64,000 bases of DNA from an uncultured Spirochaetota bacterium (GTDB lineage Bacteria; Spirochaetota; UBA4802; UBA5550). The stretch lies in NCBI GenBank assembly GCA_963827275.1, contig CAWHAA010000007.1, forward strand, positions 128,001 through 192,000, written 5' to 3'. A model generated the notes under the pieces. It was given only the letters and a program-made list of their open reading frames with translations, was not told the DNA's origin and did no database searches. Made by a program: the position numbers and the translations under genes. The stretch's first letter is position 1. Every line of letters starts with the position of its first letter. Below, piece by piece: positions 49,525-59,167 of the stretch.

Positions 49525-49827
49525 TCATTCCTTGCCCAGTATCCTGTTCAGGGATTCAACCTTGCCTTTCATCCGGTCGTCCATCCCGGCGCGGTAATCG
49601 ACCTTGAGCACCATGTATACCCTGCTGCAGTCGTTCTTCATCGCGTCCATGCACTCCTTGGCCACGCGGATGACGATGTCCCATTCACCCTCGAAGCAGG
49701 TCCCCATGGGGTTGATCTGGTACTCCAGCCCGCTTGATTGCACGATCTTCACCGCTTCCGCGACGTATGAACTGACGCTTTCGCCTTTATCCAGCGGGAA
49801 TATCGTAAGCTCTGCGAGTGCGCTCAT
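49525..49827 (-). CDS. MTH1187/YkoF family thiamine-binding protein
   Basis: AELTIFPL...SVSSYVA, SGL.Y..NPMGT..EGEWD, KVDYR, KVES. Confidence 0.9.
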   Translation of the reverse strand: MSALAELTIFPLDKGESVSSYVAEAVKIVQSSGLEYQINPMGTCFEGEWDIVIRVAKECMDAMKNDCSRVYMVLKVDYRAGMDDRMKGKVESLNRILGKE

Positions 49828-49891
49828 CAGCTCCTCCTTGTGATATTAATGGCCCGGCCGCGGATATACCATAGCACCGGACGGTTAAATT

Positions 49892-50275
49892 TCAATTAGT
49901 TTCCGGTTTTACCTCGACCCGTTTTAAAAATTTCCCTGTTTTGCGCTCTATATACTCGGTCGAAAAGGCGGTACGCTCCACCACCAGGAAATACCCGTCC
50001 GGGTCGATCGCGTAGCCATTGTGGTACTCAGACACCATGACCGCCTGGTGGGGCATGAGCTCAACGGCCCTCTCTTCGCTGCCGTCGTAAAGCAGCAGGC
50101 CCATTGTTCCCCCCAGGCACACGAAAAGCTCGGGGCAGGAGTGCTTCTCCAGTATTTTGATACCCTCCGGCCCGGGCGTTTCCGGTCGATAGATGCCGGC
50201 GCGCCAGCTGTTTTCATCTTTAAAGATGACCGACCAGAGCGCGTCCGGGTGCAGGGTGGTGATGTCACTGTTCAT
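49892..50275 (-). CDS. Hypothetical cupin-like protein
   Basis: LEKH..PELFV.L.G and a later YHN; beta-rich. Confidence 0.6.
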   Translation of the reverse strand: MNSDITTLHPDALWSVIFKDENSWRAGIYRPETPGPEGIKILEKHSCPELFVCLGGTMGLLLYDGSEERAVELMPHQAVMVSEYHNGYAIDPDGYFLVVERTAFSTEYIERKTGKFLKRVEVKPETN

Positions 50276-50405
50276 GGGTAGTGTCCATTCATCGGGAAGG
50301 CGGGGTCGTGCTGCCGCGCCTCCATTGTGATAGATAGCATTATTGTATGGTTATTTATTTATGTCAATTTGTAATTTGAATGACCGGGCATGCGGTTCAG
50401 TGGGC

Positions 50406-50451
50406 ACAAAACATGAAGGCGGGGTCACGTGACCACGCCTTCATGTTTTGT
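50406..50451. terminator. Near-perfect 23-bp-arm inverted repeat downstream of tRNA-Gly
   Basis: acaaaacatgaaggcggggtcac / gtgaccacgccttcatgttttgt, one mismatch. Confidence 0.75.
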
Positions 50452-50456
50452 ATCTT

Positions 50457-50527
50457 AGCGGGTGATGGGAATCGAACCCACGTGACCAGCTTGGAAGGCT
50501 GGAGTTCTACCACTGAACTACACCCGC
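50457..50527 (-). tRNA. tRNA-Gly (anticodon TCC), CCA not encoded
   Basis: Reverse complement gcgggtgtagttcagtggtagaactccagccttccaagctggtcacgtgggttcgattcccatcacccgct; acceptor stem GCGGGTG/CACCCGC, anticodon arm ccagc-cttccaa-gctgg, GTTCGATT T-loop. Confidence 0.97.
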
Positions 50528-50719
50528 GTTCGGCTTATATTGTGTATGGGGTCTTTCGCGTTACCTCCGGCGCCCCATGTTCCGCATAGTTAATTTGATC
50601 TAAATAATTAACAAAAATTATTTTAACAGCATAGTGTCAAGGTCAAAAATTGTCGCATCTTCTTATTATCCACATCTTCGAACATAAACGCTGAAAGTGT
50701 AAAGATTTTTGTTTTATTC

Positions 50720-50764
50720 TTGACAAATTATGTCACATATGGTATATAGTGGGGAAAAGTGGGG
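50720..50764 (+). promoter_or_regulatory. dcw promoter with MraZ-type GTGG direct repeats
   Basis: TTGACA at 50720, TATATA/TATAGT at 50743-50750; ATGG, GTGG, GTGG at 10-bp pitch (50739, 50749, 50759). Confidence 0.7.
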
Positions 50765-50803
50765 ATTAATGTTGAATATCTCCTGTTGGTGGTGACTAGA
50801 CTG

Positions 50804-51241
50804 ATGTTCATGGGTGAATACAATCCCACCCTGGATGAAAAAGGCAGGGTGGCGATCCCGGTGAAGCTCCGGAAGGCCTTCGGAGAGGACTCGGTCATCA
50901 ACACGCTGGTGCTTACCTACGGGTTCGACCAATGCATCATGGCCTTCCGCGAAGAGGACTGGGCGCGCTTTGTGAGCGAGAAGCTGGTGCCGCTGCCGCA
51001 GTCGAACCCCACCAACAGGAACTGGGTGCGCCACCTGATGGGCGGCGCCCGCAACCAGGAGCTTGACCGGCAGGGACGGATCGTCCTCCCCGCCAGTCAC
51101 CTTGAATACGCGCAGATAAAAAGCGACGTTACCATCCTGGGTCTGAATGACCGTATCGAGATCTGGGCGACTGATATATATAACCAGTTCCGGCCGGACC
51201 AGGATTCATTGAACGCCCTTGCGGGCGATCTCGGGATATAG
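50804..51241 (+). CDS. mraZ: Transcriptional regulator MraZ
   Basis: MFMGEY..TLDEKGRVAIP, LDRQGRIVLP, RIEIW. Confidence 0.96.
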   Translation: MFMGEYNPTLDEKGRVAIPVKLRKAFGEDSVINTLVLTYGFDQCIMAFREEDWARFVSEKLVPLPQSNPTNRNWVRHLMGGARNQELDRQGRIVLPASHLEYAQIKSDVTILGLNDRIEIWATDIYNQFRPDQDSLNALAGDLGI

Positions 51242-51345
51242 GGCGGCGGCAAGGGTGTGCCGCACACCCTTTGCGAGGCGTGTGGGACGCAGCGTGAAGG
51301 GAAAAGAAATCGGTTCTAATGCGACATAATACATGAGAGGGTGCT

Positions 51346-52312
51346 GTGGGGTACATGCACATGCCGGTAATGCCCGGTGAACTGCTCCGGTTTGTGGAGG
51401 ATTCTGAATATCGGGGAGCGGGGATGCTGGTCGACTGCACTGTCGGGGAAGGGGGGCATTCCGAACTTTTTCTCGAAACGTTTGCGAACATCCGGATCAC
51501 GCTTTTGACAGGGACAGCGAGGTCCTGGAAATAGCACGGGAGAGGCTCAGGCGCTATGCAGGCAGAATTGATTTCATTAACGATAATTTTTCTCATATTT
51601 CTCAGCATCTGGGACAGGTGAAGGGCGCGGTGAACTATTTTCTTTATGACTTCGGCATCTCCTCGTATCATTTCGATGCGAGCGGCCGCGGCTTCAGCTT
51701 CGCGCGGGACGAGCGGCTTGACATGCGGCTCGACCACGAGGGAGACAGCGCGGAGGACATCGTGAACGCGGCGGACGAGAAGCTGCTGGCAGATATCATT
51801 TTCCGCTACGGTGAAGAGCGGTGGTCGCGTAAAATCGCTTCCGCCATCGTGCGCGCCCGGAACGCGAAGCCGGTGGCAGACCACCGGCGAGCTCGCGGAC
51901 ATCGTGCTCGGGGCCATCCCGAAGCGCTTCCATGTCAGGAACATACATCCGGCGACCAGGGTGTTCCAGGCGCTGCGGATCGCCGTGAACGACGAGCTCG
52001 GCGCGATTGAAAAAAGCCTCGACGACGCGCACGCGCTCCTGGCGCCGGGCGGCAGGATCATGGCAATCTCCTTTCATTCGCTGGAGGACAGGATCGTTAA
52101 GGAAAAATTCAGGCGCCTCGGCAGGGGCTGCCTCTGCAGGGAAGAACCCCGGAATTGCCGGTGCGCGGAACAGGCCGTTTGTAAATCTATTGACGAAAAA
52201 GCCGCTGCGACCTGATGTGGAAGAGACCGGGCGCAACAGCAGGGCGCGGAGCGCGCGGCTGCGTGTCTGTGAAAAAGTGATGGAGGGACGGCCATCAGAT
52301 ACATTGTCGTGA
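51346..52312 (+). CDS. rsmH: 16S rRNA m4C1402 methyltransferase, about three frameshifts (near 51501, 51877, 52167); exact end uncertain
   Basis: [26 protein letters not shown]...[45 protein letters not shown] spread across frames. Confidence 0.93.
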
Positions 52313-52563
52313 TATTGACCATGAACCTGTTCGTCCTGCTCTTCGTGTGGCAGAACATACAGATGGTCCAGATAGAAATGGAGTACCGGTCGCTCTCCGC
52401 CGTCGAGGAACGCCTTGTCGGGGAGAATGACCGCCTCCTGTACGAGATAGAGCGGTACCGGCGGATGGACGCCGTGGCCGAGTACGCCCGGAAGAACGGC
52501 TTGCGCCGGATGCTCCCGGGCGATTTTGCGATCATGGCGGTGAAGGGGCGCGATGTTCAATAA
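52309..52563 (+). CDS. ftsL: FtsL-like cell division protein (true start probably ~30 bp upstream)
   Basis: TM helix plus short coiled coil, A...GL tail, position between rsmH and murE. Confidence 0.6.
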   Translation: MILTMNLFVLLFVWQNIQMVQIEMEYRSLSAVEERLVGENDRLLYEIERYRRMDAVAEYARKNGLRRMLPGDFAIMAVKGRDVQ

Positions 52564-54079
52564 TTCCTCGCAGATCAGGGCCTCGCTGAAGGACCTTGCC
52601 GCGGGCTCGGGCGGAGCGGTCGAGCTCGCCGGCGCGGGCGACGTGGCGGTGACCTCCGTGGAATACGATTCGCGGATGGTGAAAAAGGGCAGTCTGTTCG
52701 TCGCGGTTGAGGGTTTCAAGAGCGACGGCCACCGCTACGTGCGGGCGGCGGTCGACAGCGGCGCCGCCGCGGTCTGCGTTTCCCGGGAACGGGCCGGGGA
52801 GCTGGCCGACCTGGCCGGGCGCGGTATCGGCATACTGGCCGCCGCGGACACCAGGACCGCGCTCTCCAGCCTGTCGGCCGCTTTTTTCGGGTTTCCCTCG
52901 CGGTCCATGCTCGCCATCGGCATCACCGGCACCAACGGCAAGACCTCGATCACCTACATGCTCGAAGCGATCATGAAGCGGCACGGCCGCAACCCCGGGG
53001 TCATCGGCACCATCAACTACCGCTGGGGCGGCAGGGAGTATCCCGCTCCCAACACTACTCCCGAATCGAAAGATCTACAGGAGATCCTCTACCGGATGCG
53101 GCATGACGGCGTGGACGCCGTCATCATGGAGGTGTCTTCCCACGCCCTGGAGCTCCGGCGGGCCGACGATATCGATTTCGACGCCGTCGTGTTCACCAAC
53201 CTGACCAGGGACCACCTTGATTTTCATCATGATTTCGAAAGTTATTTCAACGCCAAGAAGCGGATATTCGGCCTTCTCGAGAAGAGCTTCAAGAAAGGGC
53301 GGTGCGGCGTCGTCAACGTTGACGACCCGTACGGCCGCGAGCTCTTCATGATGCGGAACAACTACTCGTACCCGATAGCGAGCTTCGGCATCGAAACCGA
53401 AGCGGACTACATGCCGGAACCGGGCGCGATCAGCAACACCATGCGCGGCCTGAGCTACCGGCTCGCGCGGCCCGACGCCGGCATCGCGGTGGACCTGAAC
53501 CTGCTGGGCATGTTCCAGCTCTACAATTCGCTGGCGGCGCTCGCGGTGTCGCACCGCATGGGCGTTCCGTACGGAGAGATAACGGCCGGGCTGGCCGATC
53601 TGGCGACCGTCCCCGGCAGGTTCGACGTGCTCAAGGACGAGCGGGACTTCGTGGTGATCGTGGATTATGCCCACACGGTGGACGCGCTCGAGAAGCTCCT
53701 CAAGTCGGTCAACGAGCTTGAGCACAGGCGGGTGATCACCGTGTTCGGGTGCGGCGGCGACCGCGACAGGACCAAGCGCCCCCTGATGGGGAGCGTCGCG
53801 GAGGAGAACTCCGACATGATCATCGTCACGAGCGACAATCCCCGCACCGAGGACCCGTCACGCATCATACGCGAGATCGCGGCCGGGCTGACCAGGGGCA
53901 ACCATGAAATCGTACCCGACCGGGAAGAGGCGATCGCACGCGCGATGGGGATGGCCCGTGAGGGCGATATCGTCGTCATAGCGGGCAAGGGGCACGAGGA
54001 TTACCAGATCATCGGCACGGAAAAGATACATTTTGACGACAAGGAAGTGGCGGCGCGCAGCATGCAGGTGAGGATGTGA
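52553..54079 (+). CDS. murE: UDP-MurNAc-tripeptide synthetase (meso-DAP type)
   Basis: GITGTNGKTS, TTPES, MEVSSHAL, DYAHT, FGCGGDRD, SDNPR, AGKGHE. Confidence 0.97.
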   Translation: MFNNSSQIRASLKDLAAGSGGAVELAGAGDVAVTSVEYDSRMVKKGSLFVAVEGFKSDGHRYVRAAVDSGAAAVCVSRERAGELADLAGRGIGILAAADTRTALSSLSAAFFGFPSRSMLAIGITGTNGKTSITYMLEAIMKRHGRNPGVIGTINYRWGGREYPAPNTTPESKDLQEILYRMRHDGVDAVIMEVSSHALELRRADDIDFDAVVFTNLTRDHLDFHHDFESYFNAKKRIFGLLEKSFKKGRCGVVNVDDPYGRELFMMRNNYSYPIASFGIETEADYMPEPGAISNTMRGLSYRLARPDAGIAVDLNLLGMFQLYNSLAALAVSHRMGVPYGEITAGLADLATVPGRFDVLKDERDFVVIVDYAHTVDALEKLLKSVNELEHRRVITVFGCGGDRDRTKRPLMGSVAEENSDMIIVTSDNPRTEDPSRIIREIAAGLTRGNHEIVPDREEAIARAMGMAREGDIVVIAGKGHEDYQIIGTEKIHFDDKEVAARSMQVRM

Positions 54080-55473
54080 TAGTGGCATACGCGACATCGG
54101 TGGGCAGGGTGGCGGCCGCGTGCGGCGGCAGGATCACCGCCGGCGACCCGGACGCGGTCATCGGGACCGTTACCACGGACTCGCGCGAGCCGGGCGTGAA
54201 CGGCCTCTTCATCCCCCTGGTCGGCGAGCGGTACGACGGCCATGACTTTATCGCGGGCCTTGCGGAACGCAGCAGCATCCGCTCGTTCCTCTCCATGCGG
54301 GACGGGTATACCGACATCGCCGTGCGGCACGGCGTTTCGGAGATACGGTGCGACGACACGCTGAAGGCCCTGGGCGCGATTGCCGCGCGCCACCGCGACG
54401 CGGTCGACCCGATAGTTATCGGTATCACCGGGACCAACGGAAAGACCACGACCAAGGAGCTGGCCTACGCCGCCCTGTCGTCCCGCTGGAGCTGCCTGAG
54501 GAACATAAAGAACTATAACAACGAGATCGGCGTCCCCTTCACCCTGCTGGGCCTGGCGCCGTCCCACAAGTACGCGGTCATCGAAATGGGCATGAACCAT
54601 GCGGGCGAGCTGGACCGCCTGTCCCGCATCGCGCGGCCGGACCTGGCCCTGATCACCAACGCGGGCGAGGGGCACCTCGAGTTCCTGGGCTCGGTCGAAA
54701 ACGTGGCCCGGGCCAAATCGGAGATCATGAACGGCATGAAGCCGGGCGCAAAGCTCCTGGTGAACCGCGACATGCAGTGCCTCGACATCATCATGGAAAA
54801 GGCGCGCGAGCGCGACCTCGTTGTCGCGACCTTCGGCCTGTCCGACGGCGCCGACCTGCACCCGGATGCCTACCGGCTCTACCGCGAGAGCGTCGCGGTG
54901 ACCTTCCGCGGCACCGAAATCACCGTGCCCCTCTACGGCATTCACAACGTCTATAACGTCATGGCGGCGATCGCGGTCGCCGCTGAATTCGGGATGGGGC
55001 CCGAGGCGATACGGGACGCGCTCGCGGGGTTCGTCAACGTGGACGGCCGCAGCCAGGTCATCGACCGCGGGTTCATCGTGATAAACGACAGCTATAATTC
55101 CAACCCGCTCTCGCTGGCGTACGCGCTCCGCTCGACCGGCGAGGTGTACCCCGACCGGCGGAAGATCGCCGTGCTTTCCGACATGAAGGAGCTCGGTGAG
55201 GCCGCCCCGCGGTGCCATGCCGCCGGCGGCAAGGCCGTGGCGGAAAATAAATTTGACATGCTCCTCCTCTGGGGGGATATGTCCGGATATTACGCCGACG
55301 GCGCGGCGCGCGCCGGCCTTGACCGGGACCGCATCAGGAAATTCGACGCCAAGGACGAGCTCTCGCGCTACCTGAATACGATCGTTGACGACAATGACGT
55401 GATTTTAATAAAGGGATCGCGGTCGATGAAGATGGAAGACATCGTGACCGCACTGATCGGAAGAGAGGGATAA
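54076..55473 (+). CDS. murF: UDP-MurNAc-tripeptide--D-Ala-D-Ala ligase
   Basis: GTNGKTTTKE, NYNNEIGVP, EMGMNHAGE, NDSYNSNP, DMKELG, KGSRSM. Confidence 0.97.
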   Translation: MIVAYATSVGRVAAACGGRITAGDPDAVIGTVTTDSREPGVNGLFIPLVGERYDGHDFIAGLAERSSIRSFLSMRDGYTDIAVRHGVSEIRCDDTLKALGAIAARHRDAVDPIVIGITGTNGKTTTKELAYAALSSRWSCLRNIKNYNNEIGVPFTLLGLAPSHKYAVIEMGMNHAGELDRLSRIARPDLALITNAGEGHLEFLGSVENVARAKSEIMNGMKPGAKLLVNRDMQCLDIIMEKARERDLVVATFGLSDGADLHPDAYRLYRESVAVTFRGTEITVPLYGIHNVYNVMAAIAVAAEFGMGPEAIRDALAGFVNVDGRSQVIDRGFIVINDSYNSNPLSLAYALRSTGEVYPDRRKIAVLSDMKELGEAAPRCHAAGGKAVAENKFDMLLLWGDMSGYYADGAARAGLDRDRIRKFDAKDELSRYLNTIVDDNDVILIKGSRSMKMEDIVTALIGREG

Positions 55474-55474
55474 G

Positions 55475-56560
55475 ATGTTTTATCATTTCATACTGCCGTT
55501 GAGCGAGCACCTCGGGTTCCTGAGGCTCTTCCAGTACATCACGTTCCGGTCCGCGTACGCCGCCCTCACGTCGCTCCTCCTGGTCCTCGTCTTCGGCAAC
55601 CTGGTGATACGCTGGCTGCGCGCCCTCAAGTTCGGCGAGGAGATCCGGGCGCTCGGGCCCGAGAGCCACCGGCAGAAGGCGGGCACCCCCACCATGGGCG
55701 GCATCATCATCATCGGGGCCGTGCTCGTGTCGATCGCGCTCTGGGGCAATTTCTCAAACCCCTACCTGGGCATCCTCATCGGCGCCACCGTCCTGCTGGC
55801 GGGGCTCGGGTTCGCCGATGATTACATCAAATCAATTTTAAAGAACAAAAACGGCGTGCCGGCGCGGGTGAAGCTCCTTGTCCAGGTTATCGTCGCCCTC
55901 GCCGTCGCCCTGCTGATCTATTACCTCCCGTCAAACAGCCGGGAGGTTACGAACCTGTACGTGCCCTTCATCAACAGGAGCGTGGCCGACATGGGGCTCC
56001 TCTGGATCGTGTTCGCCGTGGTGGTGATCGTGGCCACCACCAACGCCGTGAACCTGACCGACGGCCTGGACGGCCTTGCGATCGGATCGGTACTGATCGT
56101 TGGCGTGACACTGGGGATCATGGCCTACCTGGCGGGACACAGCAAGATCGCACTGTACCTCAGGATACCGTATATTCCCCAGGCGGGCGAGCTCACGGTG
56201 TTCCTCGCGGCCCTCATCGGGGCCGGTATGGGGTTCCTCTGGTTCAACAGCAACCCGGCAACGGTGTTCATGGGCGATACGGGGTCGCTCGCCCTCGGCG
56301 GCATCATCGGCATCATCGCGGTCATGATCAAGAAGGAGATATTTCTCTTCATCGTCGGCGGCGTGTTCGTGGCGGAGGCGCTGTCGGTGATCATACAGGT
56401 CGCGTCGTTCAGGCTCAGGGGCAAGCGCGTGTTCAAGATGGCGCCGATCCACCACCACTTCGAGCTTTCCGGGTGGCCGGAGCAGAAGGTGGTGGCGCGG
56501 ATGTGGATCCTCGGGATCATACTGGCGCTGCTGGGATTGAGTTCGCTGAAGATACTGTAG
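55475..56560 (+). CDS. mraY: Phospho-MurNAc-pentapeptide transferase
   Basis: KAGTPTMGG, GFADDY, NAVNLTDGLDGLA, FMGDTGSL, MAPIHHHFE. Confidence 0.98.
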   Translation: MFYHFILPLSEHLGFLRLFQYITFRSAYAALTSLLLVLVFGNLVIRWLRALKFGEEIRALGPESHRQKAGTPTMGGIIIIGAVLVSIALWGNFSNPYLGILIGATVLLAGLGFADDYIKSILKNKNGVPARVKLLVQVIVALAVALLIYYLPSNSREVTNLYVPFINRSVADMGLLWIVFAVVVIVATTNAVNLTDGLDGLAIGSVLIVGVTLGIMAYLAGHSKIALYLRIPYIPQAGELTVFLAALIGAGMGFLWFNSNPATVFMGDTGSLALGGIIGIIAVMIKKEIFLFIVGGVFVAEALSVIIQVASFRLRGKRVFKMAPIHHHFELSGWPEQKVVARMWILGIILALLGLSSLKIL

Positions 56561-56621
56561 GCCCCCTCGGGGGGCTTCCCGGCAAGAGCGAGAGTTATAA
56601 AGAAGATATAATAAGATAAGA

Positions 56622-58004
56622 ATGAAAGGAAACATAACCATACAAAAAGCCCTCGTGGTCGGAATGGGATACCGGACCGGGCTGGCGGTCGCCAACTTCC
56701 TGGCAGGAAAGGGCGTGTCCGTGGTGGCCTCCGACAGCAAGGGCGCCGCTGAGCTTGCCGAGGTGCTGCGGCAGCTTGATCCGTCCGTACGCATGGTTGC
56801 GGGGGAGCAGAAGCCCGCACTCCTCGACGAGGGGTTTGACGCCGTTGTCCTCTCCCCGGGCGTTCCGAAGACAATTCCGCTGATCGCGGAAGCCTATAAA
56901 AGAACTATACCGGTCATTGCCGAGGTGGAGCTTGCCTACCGCAGCCTCCCGGGCCGCATCGTGGCCATTACCGGCACCGACGGCAAGTCCACCACCACGG
57001 CCCTCACCGGCCATGTATTCAATTTGCTGGGCATGGACACGTACGTCGGCGGCAACATCGGCATACCGCTTATCTCCTTCGCCGGCGCGACCACGGAGCG
57101 GTCGGTGATCGTGGCGGAGCTCTCGTCGTTCCAGCTCGAGACGATCGTCGATTTCAGGCCGGACGTGGCGTCCCTCCTGAACGTGAGCCCCGACCACCTG
57201 GACCGCTACGACGGGATGGAAGATTATTTCAGGGCGAAGATGCGGATCGCCATGAACCAGGGCGCCGATGATTGCTTCATCTATAACCGGGACGATGTCA
57301 TGGCCGAACGGGGCGCCGGCATGGTGAAGTCCAGGGCCCGCTCCTTTTCCGTGGAGCGCGAGGACGCGGACATCTACCTGCGCGACGGCGTTGTGTATCT
57401 CCGTGAGGGCGGACGGCCGGTGTTCCGGGCGGCGGACATGACCATGCCCGGCCTGCACAATGTCCAGAACGCGATGGTGGCGTTCCTCTCCGTGCTCGGC
57501 ATACTCGAAAAGGCGGGGAGCGCGCCCGCGTACGACCGGATCGCCGCGGCGGTATGCTCCTTCCCGGGCCTCGAGCACCGGCTCGAGCGGGTGGGCGAGT
57601 TCAGGGGCCGCTCGTTCATCAATGATTCGAAGGCGACCACGGTCAATGCGGTGCTCACGGCGCTGCGGAGCCTCCCCGGGCAGGGCGTCCTGATCCTCGG
57701 CGGGAGGACAAAAGGCGACGACTACGCCCGTCTCAGGACGGGCCTTGAGGGCAGGGTCCGGTCGCTGGTGCTGATCGGCGAGTCGAAGGAATATTTCGCC
57801 CGGGTGCTCACCGGGTTCCGCCACGTGTATGCGGAGACGATGGATGACGCTGTCGCGCAGGCGATGCGGGAAAGCAGGGAGGGCGATACGGTCCTCCTCT
57901 CGCCGGCGTGCGCGTCCTTTGATATGTACAGAAATTACGAGGAGCGGGGGAACGAGTTCAAGCGCTCGTTCAACCGGCTCCGTGACGGGGGGGCGGCGCA
58001 ATGA
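56622..58004 (+). CDS. murD: UDP-MurNAc-L-Ala--D-Glu ligase
   Basis: SPGVP, GTDGKSTTT, GGNIG, ELSSFQL, DHLDRY, NDSKAT, LSPACASFD. Confidence 0.97.
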   Translation: MKGNITIQKALVVGMGYRTGLAVANFLAGKGVSVVASDSKGAAELAEVLRQLDPSVRMVAGEQKPALLDEGFDAVVLSPGVPKTIPLIAEAYKRTIPVIAEVELAYRSLPGRIVAITGTDGKSTTTALTGHVFNLLGMDTYVGGNIGIPLISFAGATTERSVIVAELSSFQLETIVDFRPDVASLLNVSPDHLDRYDGMEDYFRAKMRIAMNQGADDCFIYNRDDVMAERGAGMVKSRARSFSVEREDADIYLRDGVVYLREGGRPVFRAADMTMPGLHNVQNAMVAFLSVLGILEKAGSAPAYDRIAAAVCSFPGLEHRLERVGEFRGRSFINDSKATTVNAVLTALRSLPGQGVLILGGRTKGDDYARLRTGLEGRVRSLVLIGESKEYFARVLTGFRHVYAETMDDAVAQAMRESREGDTVLLSPACASFDMYRNYEERGNEFKRSFNRLRDGGAAQ

Positions 58005-59167
58005 GGGACGGCTCGGTGGACCTCAAGTCCTTCGTGGACACGCGGCGGCCGGGGGACCCTGACATGGTCCTCTTCGCGGTGATACTCGTCCTCACCGGCG
58101 CAGGCATCGTCATGAGCTACAGCGCCAGCGCGGTGTACGCGCTCAAGAATTTCGGCGACTCCTACTTTTTCCTGAAAAAGCAGCTCCTCTGGTTCGCAGT
58201 GGGCTTCGCGTTCATGTTCGTATTCAAGGAGATTGATTACCGCATCTATCAAAGGTACACCAAGCTGATGCTCCTCGTTTCCCTGGTGCTGCTGGTCATG
58301 GTGTTCCTGCCGGGGATGGGACACAGCGCGAAGGGCTCGGCGCGGTGGCTGGGCGTGGGCCCGGTCTCCTTCCAGCCCTCGGAGTTCGTGAAGCTTTTCG
58401 TGGTCATCTACCTGGCGAAGGTGTTTTCCGCTGATGCGAAGGAGCATTTCATCCGCTTCCTCGTGCCGGTGGGGGTCGTGGCGGTGATCTTCCTGATGGT
58501 CATGCTCCAGCCGGATTTCGGCACCGCGATCGATATCCTGGTGGTGTCGGTGCTCATGCTGTTCGTGTCCGGGTTTCCCTTTACCTACATCGTTATGCTC
58601 TTTATACTCAGCATCCCCATGTTTTACATGATGATATACCTGGTGGACTACCGGAAGGACAGGATGATCGCGTACCTGAACCCCTGGGCCTACCGCTACG
58701 GCATCGGCTACCATATCATCCAGTCATTCATAGCGTTCAAGAAGGGGGGCTTTCTCGGCGTGGGTCTCGGCAACGGGACCCAGAAGCTTTCCCGGCTCCC
58801 GGAGCCCCACACCGACTTCATATTCGCCGTCATAGCGGAAGAGGCGGGTCTCCTGGGGACGATGGGCATCGTGCTCCTCTACGCGGCGGTGCTCTGGCGG
58901 GGGATCGCCATAGCGGCGGGGTCGCAGGATGATTTCGGCAGGCTGCTCGCGGTGGGGCTTTCGCTCATGATCGTGGCGCAGGCGTTCTTCAACCTGGGGG
59001 TGGTCACAGGGGCGCTGCCGACCAAGGGTATCCCGCTCCCGTTCATCAGCTACGGCGGGTCGTCGCTCCTGGCGAACATGATAGCGGCCGGTATACTATT
59101 GAACATATCGCGGCACCGGGACGCGGCGCGGCAGGAAACGCAATTATTTAAAGAGGTATGGCAGTGA
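58001..59167 (+). CDS. ftsW: SEDS peptidoglycan polymerase FtsW
   Basis: MSYSAS, FQPSEFVK, QPDFGT, LPEPHTDFIF, LPTKGIPLPFISYGGSS. Confidence 0.96.
   Translation: MRDGSVDLKSFVDTRRPGDPDMVLFAVILVLTGAGIVMSYSASAVYALKNFGDSYFFLKKQLLWFAVGFAFMFVFKEIDYRIYQRYTKLMLLVSLVLLVMVFLPGMGHSAKGSARWLGVGPVSFQPSEFVKLFVVIYLAKVFSADAKEHFIRFLVPVGVVAVIFLMVMLQPDFGTAIDILVVSVLMLFVSGFPFTYIVMLFILSIPMFYMMIYLVDYRKDRMIAYLNPWAYRYGIGYHIIQSFIAFKKGGFLGVGLGNGTQKLSRLPEPHTDFIFAVIAEEAGLLGTMGIVLLYAAVLWRGIAIAAGSQDDFGRLLAVGLSLMIVAQAFFNLGVVTGALPTKGIPLPFISYGGSSLLANMIAAGILLNISRHRDAARQETQLFKEVWQ

Noticed and set aside
50457..50527. Genomic island integrated at tRNA-Gly
   Set aside because: No integrase seen and no duplicated tRNA 3' end noticed in the window
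51241..51300. Possible c-di-GMP-I riboswitch (GTGGGACGCA) between mraZ and rsmH
   Set aside because: Lacks the GGCAAAC/GAAA architecture; explained by a simple hairpin
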